From Lingula anatina (taxonomy: Eukaryota > Animalia > Brachiopoda): DNA of 64,000 bases. Shown here piece by piece: positions 63,309 through 64,000 of the stretch (positions are counted from its first letter, which is position 1; every line of letters starts with the position of its first letter). The stretch spans positions 8,680,001 to 8,744,000 of the forward strand of contig CM120646.1 of assembly GCA_051362555.1 (NCBI GenBank). Reading direction: 5' to 3'. The notes beneath the pieces were generated by a model. It ran no database searches. It saw only the letters and a list, made by a program, of their open reading frames with translations, and was not told the DNA's origin. The position numbers and the translations under genes are program-made.

Positions 63309-63647
63309 TACCGATAAATGCAAAGAGCAGGAGATCTACTTTACATCGTTACAGCCGTCCATGAAGGCCCCCTTCTACTCTTGCCCCCTGAGAAACAGTC
63401 CCGCACAAAATGGCGCGAACTGCGCATGCTCACGATTTCGTGGAAAACACTCTATTGGTACTTTTAAAACTTTCATACATAGCGTTGTATTAATTCAATC
63501 AGAGGAAACCATTGTGTGATAAAATTCATACATGGGAAGCCAAGTTGTATAAGTAGCTTCAGATAGTACACTGTACTTCACACCTTGCGGTTGAAACTTT
63601 AATGCCCTTTGTTTCGAAGTCTGTAATCTGTTAGAGCTTGGTTATTG

Positions 63648-63690
63648 CAAGGAGTTACAGTATAACAGAAGGTTCTGTTATAACTCCTTG
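63648..63690. mobile_element. 43-bp TIR-only relic with 7-bp TSD (P-like footprint)
   Basis: GTTATTG-caaggagttacagtataacagaagg|ttctgttataactccttg-GTTATTG. Confidence 0.75.
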
Positions 63691-64000
63691 GTTATTGGTA
63701 GTGCCCACCATGAGGGGGTGGACTTGTGTCTGAAGTAACCAATCAGTTTTAAAGTTATGTGATGGACAGTTTAACTGATAAAGTTAAGTATAAAAATCTG
63801 TAAACTTAAATCTAGGGGGAGAGTAATACCCCGGTATGTAGAAGTGAGACTGGATAGAAGAGAGAGGGGCTTGTACCATGTAACTGTTAGTGTAGAAAAA
63901 TATATTCTGTTGAAGTTACAACATGGAGTTGTTTCATTCTTTTCCGTGTGCAGAGTTTAAGTCAAGGGACCTGGGAATCTCTGTAGCAGTATTACAGATA

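Larger units (their letters stand above)
61560..63453. mobile_element. Internally deleted ISL2EU (PIF/Harbinger-related) transposon with two convergent gene remnants
   Basis: TIRs A(C/G)AGTGTTTTCCACG with AT flanks. THAP ORF on the minus strand and a second-gene remnant on the plus strand. Confidence 0.8.

Overview
AT-rich animal genomic DNA, probably from an invertebrate bilaterian (mollusc-like repeats; the species cannot be fixed from sequence). It holds the 3' eight coding exons of a PROSER3-like gene (+, 350-17768). Two tandem antisense three-exon double-hotdog acyl-thioesterase genes, both ending in PTS1-type tripeptides, are nested in its 9.1-kb intron. A complete four-exon Barx homeobox gene (+, 35063-38752) sits in gene-poor flanks full of transposon relics: Tc1, Harbinger/Tourist MITEs, hAT-like, Kolobok, ISL2EU with THAP, Helentron/HINE, a foldback element, Penelope-type hammerhead ribozymes and tiny P-like footprints. 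The most unusual feature is that two PROSER3 splice sites have each been amplified into a minisatellite: an in-frame 42-bp acceptor array and a frame-breaking 58-bp donor array. All gene models were assembled by eye from GT-AG sites and phase matching, without transcript data or database searches.
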